Shown one piece after another: positions 42,010 through 50,686 of a DNA stretch of 64,000 nt. The stretch lies in the NCBI GenBank assembly GCA_965204745.1, contig OZ242010.1:4960001-5024000 (forward strand). The letters are read 5' to 3'. The stretch's first letter is position 1. Every line of letters starts with the position of its first letter. Made by a program: the position numbers and the translations under genes. Source of the stretch: Candidatus Latescibacterota bacterium. Lineage in GTDB: Bacteria; Latescibacterota; UBA2968. A model generated the notes under the pieces. That model worked only from the letters and a program-made list of their open reading frames with translations. It was not told the DNA's origin and searched no databases.

Positions 42010-45000
42010 ATGAAATCCTCTGACTTTGTCCATTTGCACAGCCACACCATGTACAGCTTGCTCGACGGCGCGTCCAGAATTGAAGACATGGCCCAACTCG
42101 CCGCGGAGTGGGGCATGCCCGCGGTTGCCATGACCGATCACGGCAACCTCTTTGGCGCGATTGATTTTTACCGCGCCATGCGCGAGGTGGATGTCAACCC
42201 GATCATCGGGTGCGAAGTGTATTGCGCCCTGGGCAGTCGGTTCGACAGAAAATCCGCGCCGGGTCTCCAGAGCAATTCAAACCATCTGGTCTTGCTCGTC
42301 AAAAACACCACCGGGTACAAAAACCTGATCAAACTCGTGTCCGCGGGGTATCTCGAGGGCTTTTACTACAACCCGCGCATCGACAAGGAATTGTTGCGCG
42401 AGCACGCGGACGGGCTGATCTGTCTCTCGGCGTGCGTCGGCGGGGAAATCCCCTACTTGATCGAGCGCGAGGGGTACAAGGCCGCGCAAAAAGCCGTGGA
42501 AACGTACCGCGATATTTTTGGCGAGGATTATTATTTGGAAATCCAGCGGCACGGCATCGACAAAGAAGACAAAATCAATCCCGGCCTCATCAAATTGCAC
42601 CGAGAAATGGGCGTGCCCTTGGTGGCGACCAATGATTCGCATTTTACCCGCGCAGAAGACCACGAGGCACACGCGGCCCTCGTCGCCATCCAAACGGGCA
42701 AAACCCTCAATGACCCCAAGCGCATGTGCTATCCCGAAGGCGTGTACTTCAAATCCGCGCAAGAGATGTACGAGTTGTTTCGGGACATGCCCCACGTCTT
42801 GGACCGCACGCTCGAAATCGCGGAAAAGTGCGATCTAAAAATCTCATTTGACGAGTACCGCGCGCCGGATTTCCCCTTGCCGCACGGGTACGATTCGGCC
42901 AGCGAGTACTTGGGCCATCTCGCCCGCGAGTGCATGGAGAAGCGGTGCAACGCCATAACAACCGAGCACGAGGCGCGGCTGCAGTTCGAGTTGGAGGTGA
43001 TCGACCAGACCGGGTATCCGGGCTATTTTTTGATCTTGCACGATCTAGTGGCATTTTCCAACGCGCACAACATTCGCGCAGGCGCGCGCGGGTCCGCGGT
43101 GAGCAGCTTGGTCGCGTACTCGCTGGGCATTACTGCGGTGGATCCCATCGAATACGGCTTGGTGTTCGAGCGGTTTTTGAACCCCGAGCGGATCTCCCCG
43201 CCGGATATCGACCTCGACATTGCGGATCGAGACCGCGAGCGCGTGATCGACTACGTGGTGCAAAAATACGGGCGCGACAATGTCTGCCAGATCATCACCT
43301 TTGGCACGATGGGCGCCAAGGGCGTGATCCGCGACGTGGGCCGGGTGTTGGACTTGCCGTTTTCAGAAGTCGATAAAATCTCCAAACTCGTGCCCGCGGA
43401 ATTGAAAATGACCCTGGACAAGGCCCTTGACCAAGTGCCCGAGTTGCACGCGACCTCAGAAGACGGGGGCACGGGCGAAAAAATGATCGGCATTGGCAAA
43501 CAGCTCGAAGGCCTGGCCCGGCACGCCTCCATTCACGCGGCCGCCGTGGTGATCACCCCCGAACCCGTGACCGAATTTATGCCCGTGTACAAAGCCCCCA
43601 AGGGCGGCGAGGTCATGACGCAGTACAACATGCACCACGTCGAAGACTTGGGCTTTTTGAAGATCGATTTTTTGGGGCTTCGCAACCTGACGGTGATCGA
43701 CGACGCGGTCAAAATGGTCAAAGCCAACTGCGGCGTCGACGTGGCTGTGGATAACCTGCCCTTGGACGACGAGGCGACCTATCGGTTGTTCGGCCGGGGC
43801 GATACAACTGGGATATTCCAATTTGAAAGCCCGGGGATGAAGGGGTATTTGCAACAACTCAAGCCGGATGCCATCGGGGATATCATCGCGATGAACGCGC
43901 TCTATCGCCCGGGGCCGATGCAGTACATTCCCAACTACATCGACCGCAAACACGGCCGGGAAGACGTGAGCTATGACGACGAGAAAATGCGCCCGGCCCT
44001 AGAGGAGACGTACGGCATCATCACGTACCAAGAGCAAGTGCAGCGCCTCTGCCGGGACTTGGCCGGGTTCACGCTCGCCAAAGCAGACGGCATCCGCAAG
44101 GCCATGGGCAAGAAACTGGCCGATGTGATGGAACGGTACCGCACGGACTTTTTGGCCGGGGCCACGGGCAATGGCATTGCAAAAGCCACGGCGGAAAAGA
44201 TCTGGCGCGACATCGAGGTGTTCTCCGGCTACGGGTTCAACAAAGCGCACAGCGCGGGCTATTCGATGGTGGCCTATCAGTGCGCGTACCTCAAAGCGCA
44301 TTACCCGGCCGAATTTATGGCGGCCAACCTCAACAGCGAAATCGGCGACATCGACCGGCTGGTCGTCTTGATCGAAGAGTGCAGGCGCATGGGCCTCGAG
44401 GTCTTGCCCCCGGATGTGAATGAGGGCCAAGTCGATTTTGTCGCGGTCAAAAAGCAAATCCGAATGGGCATGGCCGCCATCCGCAATGTGGGGCGCGGCG
44501 CGGTGCAAGCCATTGTCGCTACCCGCGAAGCCGATGGCCCGTTCGAGTCCCTGTTCGATTTTTGCGACCGCGTGGATTCGCAGGCGGTCAACCGGCGCTG
44601 CATCGAAAGCCTGATCAAAGCGGGAGCGTATGACTGCGTGCTCGGGCACCGCGCGCAGTTGTTTGAAGCCGTGGACCGCGCCCTAGAAATGGGGCAGTCC
44701 GCACAATCGGATCGCGCCCGCGGGCAGATTTCCCTGTTTGAATCCGCGGGGATGCAACCGCAAGTGGTCGACGACCGCTCCTTGCCCGACGCGGCGGAAT
44801 GGACCGAGCGCGAACGCCTCGCGCACGAAAAAGACATGCTCGGGTTTTATCTTTCCGGGCACCCCTTGGCGCGGTACCGCACGGATTTGGAGGAAATGGG
44901 CATGCGCTCTGCCGGGGAGTTGGAGGGCTTGCCCGACGGCGCGGAAGTGCAGATGGGCGGCGTGCTGATCGAGGTCAAACCCCATACCGCCCGCGATGGC

Positions 45001-45528
45001 CGGCCCATGGCCTTTGGCCTGTTAGAAGACCTGAGCGGCGCGGTCGATTTGGTGGTGTTTCCAGACAATTTTGAAAAATTGCGCGACCGCCTCTCCGTCG
45101 ATGAAATGGTGGTTTTGCAAGGCCGATTCTCCGCGCACAATGGGCGGCAATCCGTGCAGGTCGAAAACGTGATCCCCATCGAACAAGCGCGCGAGCAACT
45201 CGCCGATACGGTCAATGTCCGCCTGCCGGGGGATTTGATTCGGATGGAACGCCTGCAATCCCTGCACACGCTTTGCCTGAAACATCCGGGCGCGTGCCAG
45301 TTGCGCCTGCATTTGGACTTGGAGCGCGACCATTCCACCGTGATCCTGTCCCGCCGCGTTCAGGTGTTGCCCTCTGACGCGCTGTTGCGAGAAATTGACG
45401 AACTCACAGACGGCAAAGCCAATGCCTGGGTCTCAACCGAAGCCACCCGCGCCCGCCGCGCCGCGAGACGACAACCCGAGGTGGGCGCGGAATATCAGGG
45501 TGTTGAAAACGAACTCGTGCCGGCATAA
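42010..45528 (+). CDS. dnaE: DNA polymerase III alpha subunit
   Basis: FVHLHSHTMYSLLDG PHP domain, GARGSA, FERFLNPERISPPDIDLD, FSGYGFNKAHS. Confidence 0.97.
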   Translation: MKSSDFVHLHSHTMYSLLDGASRIEDMAQLAAEWGMPAVAMTDHGNLFGAIDFYRAMREVDVNPIIGCEVYCALGSRFDRKSAPGLQSNSNHLVLLVKNTTGYKNLIKLVSAGYLEGFYYNPRIDKELLREHADGLICLSACVGGEIPYLIEREGYKAAQKAVETYRDIFGEDYYLEIQRHGIDKEDKINPGLIKLHREMGVPLVATNDSHFTRAEDHEAHAALVAIQTGKTLNDPKRMCYPEGVYFKSAQEMYELFRDMPHVLDRTLEIAEKCDLKISFDEYRAPDFPLPHGYDSASEYLGHLARECMEKRCNAITTEHEARLQFELEVIDQTGYPGYFLILHDLVAFSNAHNIRAGARGSAVSSLVAYSLGITAVDPIEYGLVFERFLNPERISPPDIDLDIADRDRERVIDYVVQKYGRDNVCQIITFGTMGAKGVIRDVGRVLDLPFSEVDKISKLVPAELKMTLDKALDQVPELHATSEDGGTGEKMIGIGKQLEGLARHASIHAAAVVITPEPVTEFMPVYKAPKGGEVMTQYNMHHVEDLGFLKIDFLGLRNLTVIDDAVKMVKANCGVDVAVDNLPLDDEATYRLFGRGDTTGIFQFESPGMKGYLQQLKPDAIGDIIAMNALYRPGPMQYIPNYIDRKHGREDVSYDDEKMRPALEETYGIITYQEQVQRLCRDLAGFTLAKADGIRKAMGKKLADVMERYRTDFLAGATGNGIAKATAEKIWRDIEVFSGYGFNKAHSAGYSMVAYQCAYLKAHYPAEFMAANLNSEIGDIDRLVVLIEECRRMGLEVLPPDVNEGQVDFVAVKKQIRMGMAAIRNVGRGAVQAIVATREADGPFESLFDFCDRVDSQAVNRRCIESLIKAGAYDCVLGHRAQLFEAVDRALEMGQSAQSDRARGQISLFESAGMQPQVVDDRSLPDAAEWTERERLAHEKDMLGFYLSGHPLARYRTDLEEMGMRSAGELEGLPDGAEVQMGGVLIEVKPHTARDGRPMAFGLLEDLSGAVDLVVFPDNFEKLRDRLSVDEMVVLQGRFSAHNGRQSVQVENVIPIEQAREQLADTVNVRLPGDLIRMERLQSLHTLCLKHPGACQLRLHLDLERDHSTVILSRRVQVLPSDALLREIDELTDGKANAWVSTEATRARRAARRQPEVGAEYQGVENELVPA

Positions 45529-45777
45529 GGAGGGGAGAACATCCCTTGTATCTTTGGGCGAGCACGGGGCATCGCCCAAAAAGGTGAGAGGTGAGAGGCA
45601 AGACGGGAGAAGACCTACACTCACTGATCGCTTTTGAACGGGGTATCGTCAGTTGTACCCCTTTTGTGCCTTTTGTGTTTTTGAACTGGCTGTCGCCAGT
45701 TGTACCCCGCTCGTGGCTAATCGCCTTTGAACGGGCTATCGCCAGTTGTACCCCACTCGTGGCTAAACTTCCATCTC

Positions 45778-46479
45778 ATGTCTGACCGCCCTCGCATTTC
45801 CGTGATCATCCCCGTATTCAACGAACAAGACGCCATTGAAAAAGTCATCGGCGACATTCCCGGGGACTTGCCGACTGAAATCATCGTTGTCGATAATGCC
45901 TCTACGGATCAAACCGCAAAATTGGCCGCGGCAATGGGCGCGCGCATTATTCGGGAAAATCGCAGGGGATACGGCTCGGCCTGCCTCGCGGGCATTGCAG
46001 GCGTCAACCGGCCCGACATCGTCGTCTTTCTCGACGGCGACTACAGCGACCACCCCAATGAAATGCCAGACCTCATCGCGCCTATCGCGGAAAACCACGC
46101 GGACCTCGTCATCGGCTCGCGCGTTTTGGGCAACAGCGAACCCGGCGCGCTGATGATTCAGGCGCGTTTTGGCAACCGCTTGGCAACCCGTCTCATCAAA
46201 CACCTCTTCGGCGTGGCCTACACGGACTTGGGGCCGTTCCGGGCGATTCGCTATTCAGCACTCATGGAATTGGATATGCGGGATACGACGTTTGGATGGA
46301 CCGTGGAAATGCAGGTCAAAGCAGCGCGGCAGGGGTTGAACATACGAGAAGTGCCAGTAAGTTATCGGAAACGCATCGGGGTTTCCAAAATTACTGGCAC
46401 GCTAAAAGGCACGCTCATGGCGGGATGGAAAATTTTATTCACCATTTTCAAATATCGGTTTGGGCGGACTCTTGTTTGA
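45778..46479 (+). CDS. Glycosyltransferase family 2 (DPM1-like)
   Basis: ISVIIPVFNE, VVDNASTD, FLDGD, TDLGPFRAI, WTVEMQVK. Confidence 0.9.
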   Translation: MSDRPRISVIIPVFNEQDAIEKVIGDIPGDLPTEIIVVDNASTDQTAKLAAAMGARIIRENRRGYGSACLAGIAGVNRPDIVVFLDGDYSDHPNEMPDLIAPIAENHADLVIGSRVLGNSEPGALMIQARFGNRLATRLIKHLFGVAYTDLGPFRAIRYSALMELDMRDTTFGWTVEMQVKAARQGLNIREVPVSYRKRIGVSKITGTLKGTLMAGWKILFTIFKYRFGRTLV

Positions 46480-46489
46480 ACGGGTTGTT

Positions 46490-46792
46490 TTACGGCTTCT
46501 CGCTCTCGTCTTCTATATGCAACTCCAATCGCTTGATCGCCGCGGCTGTGTAAATGTGGTCTTTCCGGTGTTGCGAGCGTTGGCGCACGATTTGATCGGC
46601 GATTTCAAAAGCCGCGATCAGCGCGATCCCCGTGGTATCAAACCGCTCGGTGTCCTCGGCGATCCGATTCATTTTCTCATCGACAAAGCGCGACACCTCA
46701 GCGGTATATTGCGCTGACTTCGCGCTGCGGAGCACGTATTCCGCGCCGAAAATCATCACAGTGGTCTTGTGAACATCATCGGAATGGGTCAT
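46490..46792 (-). CDS. zapA: Cell division protein ZapA
   Basis: VMIFGAEYVL..VSRFVDEKM..IALIAAFEIAD. Confidence 0.75.
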   Translation of the reverse strand: MTHSDDVHKTTVMIFGAEYVLRSAKSAQYTAEVSRFVDEKMNRIAEDTERFDTTGIALIAAFEIADQIVRQRSQHRKDHIYTAAAIKRLELHIEDESEKP

Positions 46793-46818
46793 ATCCGTTC
46801 TTCCAACTTTGCGCGCCA

Positions 46819-47073
46819 TCACGGCTTTGCCACGAGTTCCATGCGAACCACGCCATCGGTCGCGGGCACTTCCAATTCCACCACCCACCCCTTGACGACC
46901 TCGCCCTTCACGACGATTTCCTTGGCTTTTTTGGACAGGATTTGGGCATCTTTGGATACCCGCGCCAGTGCGCGACACTTGTCATCATCCACGCAGAAAT
47001 AACGCTGGATTCGGGTTTCGGGCATGCCGCCCAGTGTGGGACGCTCCGCGTCGTGTTTTTTGAGCACCATCAT
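46819..47073 (-). CDS. Hypothetical protein
   Basis: GAGG RBS; fills the gap between nadD and zapA on the same strand. Confidence 0.5.
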   Translation of the reverse strand: MMVLKKHDAERPTLGGMPETRIQRYFCVDDDKCRALARVSKDAQILSKKAKEIVVKGEVVKGWVVELEVPATDGVVRMELVAKP

Positions 47074-47084
47074 GTCCAACCTCT

Positions 47085-47672
47085 CTAAACATATAACCCT
47101 TGGGTCTGAATGTAGTCTGCAACGGCCTCGGGCACCCAAAAGGCAATGGGTTTTTTCTCTTGCACGCGCGCCCTGATCGCCGTTGACGAAATGTCTATCA
47201 GGGGCGTTTGTACAAACCGCATCTTGGCTTTGAACGCCGGATCGATGCGCGAGCGATCAAAGCCCGGTCGGGCCGCCACGAGCACTTGGGCCAAAGCCAA
47301 CACGCCTTGGGGATTGCACCATGTGCCCATGTCAACCGCATTGTCCGCGCCAATCATCAAAAAGAGTTTCGCATCCTCGCCCATACCTCGGCGCAAGTGA
47401 CGCAGGGTATTTATCGTATAGGACTTGCCCGGGCGCGACAACTCAAACCGACTCAGCGCGAACCCCGGATAATCGCGCACCGCCAATTCCACCATCGCCG
47501 CACGGTCTTTCGCCGAAGCCATGGCCGGATTGCGCTTGTGCGGCGGTTCGCCCGAAGGCATGAACACGACCCGATTGAGCGCGCAGTGCAACATCATTTC
47601 CTGCGCGATAATCAAATGCCCGAGGTGAATGGGATCAAATGTCCCGCCAAAAATACCAATGCGCCGTGCCAT
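47085..47672 (-). CDS. nadD: Nicotinate-nucleotide adenylyltransferase
   Basis: IGIFGGTFDPIHLGHL, PPHK, SYTINTL, IGAD, ISSTAIR. Confidence 0.95.
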   Translation of the reverse strand: MARRIGIFGGTFDPIHLGHLIIAQEMMLHCALNRVVFMPSGEPPHKRNPAMASAKDRAAMVELAVRDYPGFALSRFELSRPGKSYTINTLRHLRRGMGEDAKLFLMIGADNAVDMGTWCNPQGVLALAQVLVAARPGFDRSRIDPAFKAKMRFVQTPLIDISSTAIRARVQEKKPIAFWVPEAVADYIQTQGLYV

Positions 47673-47879
47673 TTTTCCGAGGGAATGGGGTACAACCACA
47701 TAGCAATTCATCTCCGCATCATCACAGTACGTCGGGTTTTGGGGTTGTCGGGCGGGGACTGACCACTGACCACTGACCACTGACAACTGACGGGGTTGCC
47801 TCACCTCTCCCGTCTCACCTCTCCTGTCTTGCGTCTCACCGAAGGGAGTTGGGCAGGGTGGGAACTGACCACTGACTTT

Positions 47880-48644
47880 TCATCTTTTTACGTTTTTATC
47901 GTTTATTTTGAATTTTTCTATCGCTTCAACCACTTTTGCCTTCAACTTTTCGGGCAGGTCTTGGCCCGCCAACAAGGTGAGATCATCGAAGGCATCGTCG
48001 CGTTTTCCGGTCTTCAATTTGACCTGTGCGAGCACAAAGCGCGCCTCTAACGCGGCTTCGGTGTCGGGATATTCCTTCAAGACCCCCTCGGCATAGACTT
48101 TCGCCGCGGTATAGTATTTCCAGGTGATGTAATTGTACGCGATCATGACGTCCTTAAGCGCGAGTTGATTGCGTAAGACGCGGATTTTCTCCGCTGCCTG
48201 AGACGCGAAATCGCTTTGCGGATAATCTTCGATAAACCGCTCAAATTCCCGAATCGCCTTGTGCGTTTCATCTTGGTCGTGGTGAATATCTCGCGCATCT
48301 TGAAAATAGCACTCGCCAATTTGGAAGCGCGCCTCCGCCGCATAAGGGCTGACGGGATATTCATTGATCAGCCGCTCGTATTCAAAAATGGCCGTCACGT
48401 AATCCTTTTGGCACTGGTAAGCTTTGCCCAACCCAAATTGCGCCTCGTCCGACAGATGGGACCCGGGAAAATCCGACAGCATGTTTCTAAACAACAACTC
48501 GGCTTCGTAGCACTTGCGGTTTTTGAGTGCCTCTTGCGCGGCCTTGTGATAGACCTCTGAACTCGACCGCCGGTATTTTTTTTGCGCGCACCCCGCGCTC
48601 ACCGCGAGCAATAACGCACAACCGATATGTAAAAATCGTCTCAT
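47880..48644 (-). CDS. bamD: Outer-membrane assembly lipoprotein BamD
   Basis: Lipobox SAGC, TPR helices, HDQDETHKAIREFERFIEDYPQS. Confidence 0.85.
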   Translation of the reverse strand: MRRFLHIGCALLLAVSAGCAQKKYRRSSSEVYHKAAQEALKNRKCYEAELLFRNMLSDFPGSHLSDEAQFGLGKAYQCQKDYVTAIFEYERLINEYPVSPYAAEARFQIGECYFQDARDIHHDQDETHKAIREFERFIEDYPQSDFASQAAEKIRVLRNQLALKDVMIAYNYITWKYYTAAKVYAEGVLKEYPDTEAALEARFVLAQVKLKTGKRDDAFDDLTLLAGQDLPEKLKAKVVEAIEKFKINDKNVKR

Positions 48645-48842
48645 AATCCGCCAATCTGCATCATCCTGAAAACCACTCGTTTGGAACGCCCTCCCGCCGT
48701 TCTGATAAACGATACAGATTCGGGAATGTTCCGCAGTTTCTCAAACAAAAAACAGCGCGTTTTCTCCGCGCTCAATTCCAACCCCCCCGCTTGCAAGGCT
48801 TTCAGAACATAAGCAAACCCCTCTGTCAAGTCAAGATAGACG

Positions 48843-48892
48843 AACGAAAAATGCCTCTTGATTTACCCCTCTTTGAGGGCTATCTTCAAAGC
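48843..48892 (+). promoter_or_regulatory. Sigma70-type promoter, copy 1 of a 50-bp direct repeat
   Basis: TTGATT-17bp-TATCTT; 49/50 identical to 53506-53555. Confidence 0.65.
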
Positions 48893-48927
48893 AATGATCC
48901 GTTACTACAAATCGCCAAACAGCCGCT

Positions 48928-49179
48928 ATGTCAAAAAAAATACTGCAAAAATTGCTATCTGGATCAAAAAATATCCGATTTGCGGAGATAACAGCATGCG
49001 CGACAGCATTTGGTTTCAGATTGGTGCGGATCAACGGCAGTCACCACATTTTTATTCACCCGAATATCCCCGAGCAATTGAATCTTCAAAGTGTCAAAGG
49101 CCAAGCCAAACCTTATCAGGTTCGACAACTGCTCAAACTCATTGAGCGATATCATCTCCAAATGGAGGCCGGCGAATGA
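48928..49179 (+). CDS. hicA: HicA family toxin
   Basis: FGFRLVRINGSHHIF.HP..LNLQ..KPYQVRQ. Confidence 0.88.
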   Translation: MSKKILQKLLSGSKNIRFAEITACATAFGFRLVRINGSHHIFIHPNIPEQLNLQSVKGQAKPYQVRQLLKLIERYHLQMEAGE

Positions 49180-49391
49180 AAAATTATCACGTCAATGTAT
49201 TTTACAGCGCAGAAGATAAGGGATATATAGCCGACATTCCCGATTTGAAATATTGTTCGGCATTCGGCGAGACACCCGAAGAGGCTTTGCGCGAGGTGCT
49301 CAAAGCAAAAGATGCATGGGTGGAATCGGCGCGCAACTCGGGCAAATTGATCCCCGAGCCTCAATACTGCCCCCCGATCTACCAAAAATGA
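49176..49391 (+). CDS. hicB: HicB family antitoxin (short form)
   Basis: GYIADIPDLKYCSAFGETPEEAL..IPEP; ATGA overlap with hicA. Confidence 0.9.
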   Translation: MKNYHVNVFYSAEDKGYIADIPDLKYCSAFGETPEEALREVLKAKDAWVESARNSGKLIPEPQYCPPIYQK

Positions 49392-49707
49392 TCCGCGGGC
49401 GCGGAGCGAGAAGTGAGTGTAGGGGCGATGCCCCCGTGCTCGCCTAAAAAGGCAAGAGGGGAGAGGGTGGCCTTCTCACGTCTTGCCTCTCACCTCTCAC
49501 CTTTTTGGGTGATGCCCCCGTGCTCGCCCGAAGATACAAGGGGTCGGGGAATATGGGCCGGGATAACGCACACGGCGGGGCGGCGGTGGGATGGGGCACG
49601 CACGGATCGAAACATCGTTGAAACAGTGTCATAACTCCCGAGACGCCATTGCTTACGACTGGCATTCGGAACGTAAGAACAGATGCACAAACACATAGCG
49701 GAACGAG

Positions 49708-49741
49708 AAAAGGGTCACGGTATTTACACCGTGACCCTTTT
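49708..49741. terminator. Bidirectional intrinsic terminator
   Basis: AAAAGGGTCACGGT-ATTTAC-ACCGTGACCCTTTT. Confidence 0.75.
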
Positions 49742-49850
49742 GCTTGTTAGCCCAATTTGTCAATGTGGCTCAAGCCATGTTCCCCCGCCCTGAAGCATCG
49801 GGGTTTTACGGGCGAGGGTAATGATCGGCGAGGCATTGAGTACCCACCCC

Positions 49851-50102
49851 TTACTCACGGTTCACTTCCTCCGCGATTTCATCCACGCTGTACTGATAGG
49901 GGGAGACCTCGAACCTGCCGAGTGCCGCGATAAATTCGCTACGGGACAGATCCGAAATTTCCGCTGCTCGGCTTTGGGAAATAAGCCCCATCTCATACCA
50001 TTTCACCGCACCAGCCAAACGCAATTCTTTGGTGAAATGATCCGGGTCTTTCCGCACCGCCGAAAACACCTCTTCTGACAATTCAAATGTCACCGTTACC
50101 AT
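49851..50102 (-). CDS. UPF0175 family protein (predicted antitoxin), orphan
   Basis: ELRLAGAVKWYEMGLISQSRAAEISDLSRSEFI; no PIN partner downstream. Confidence 0.8.
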   Translation of the reverse strand: MVTVTFELSEEVFSAVRKDPDHFTKELRLAGAVKWYEMGLISQSRAAEISDLSRSEFIAALGRFEVSPYQYSVDEIAEEVNRE

Positions 50103-50252
50103 AAGATACTCTCCTGCTATTTATTTTTTTTGCCGCATAAAAACGCGAATGCGAATCCCCTATACATCCGCGCATGAAACCCACAAATCACAGGGCATCG
50201 CTGTGGGTAAAGCCGTTTAAGGTCGCTCTGATCGTTCAACGCACTAAAACGT

Positions 50253-50444
50253 TCACTTCGTTTGCTCAATGCGAATTTCATTTGTCGTTAGGGGATGTTC
50301 CAAACTGGGAGGCAGATATTGTATCGGCCCCTCCTCTTGCTGAATCGGCAAGGTATAAAGGCCACTGATTTCCACGTATTGCTGGTATTGCTTTTTGACC
50401 TCCTCCAAAGTCTTCAGATAATCGAGACTTCTTTTTTCGTACAT
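50253..50444 (-). CDS. Small hypothetical protein divergent from the retron
   Basis: AAGGAGG RBS upstream of ATG; 63 aa; no recognised motif. Confidence 0.45.
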   Translation of the reverse strand: MYEKRSLDYLKTLEEVKKQYQQYVEISGLYTLPIQQEEGPIQYLPPSLEHPLTTNEIRIEQTK

Positions 50445-50491
50445 GATGTCTGCCTCCTTATTGGCAAAATCGGTAAAAAACAGATAGTTCC

Positions 50492-50520
50492 TTGCCTGCT
50501 TAGCGTTTTTCGGTTATCTT
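50492..50520 (+). promoter_or_regulatory. Putative retron promoter
   Basis: TTGCCT-17bp-TATCTT ending 5 nt before the first arm of the retron inverted repeat. Confidence 0.55.
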
Positions 50521-50525
50521 GTTTT

Positions 50526-50669
50526 TGGCTTACAGGCAGAAATGTATCGCGCATCGCGATAAAAGATAAAACGTCAGGATGCGCCTTTGTGCTATCCGGT
50601 CGTTGTGCTATCCGGTCCTTGAACGCGACTACAATGTCGCCAGTATCGCATAGGAGTGCCTGTAAGCCA
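50526..50669 (+). ncRNA. Retron msr-msd non-coding RNA
   Basis: Perfect 13-bp inverted repeat TGGCTTACAGGCA (50526-50538) / TGCCTGTAAGCCA (50657-50669), G at 50539 next to the stem (candidate branching G), hairpin TATCGCG-CAT-CGCGATA; 17 nt upstream of RT start. Confidence 0.82.
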
Positions 50670-50686
50670 TTTTTTTGGACTGATCA

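Noticed and set aside
42010-45528. Intein in dnaE
   Set aside because: Normal length (~1170 aa) and no intein motifs
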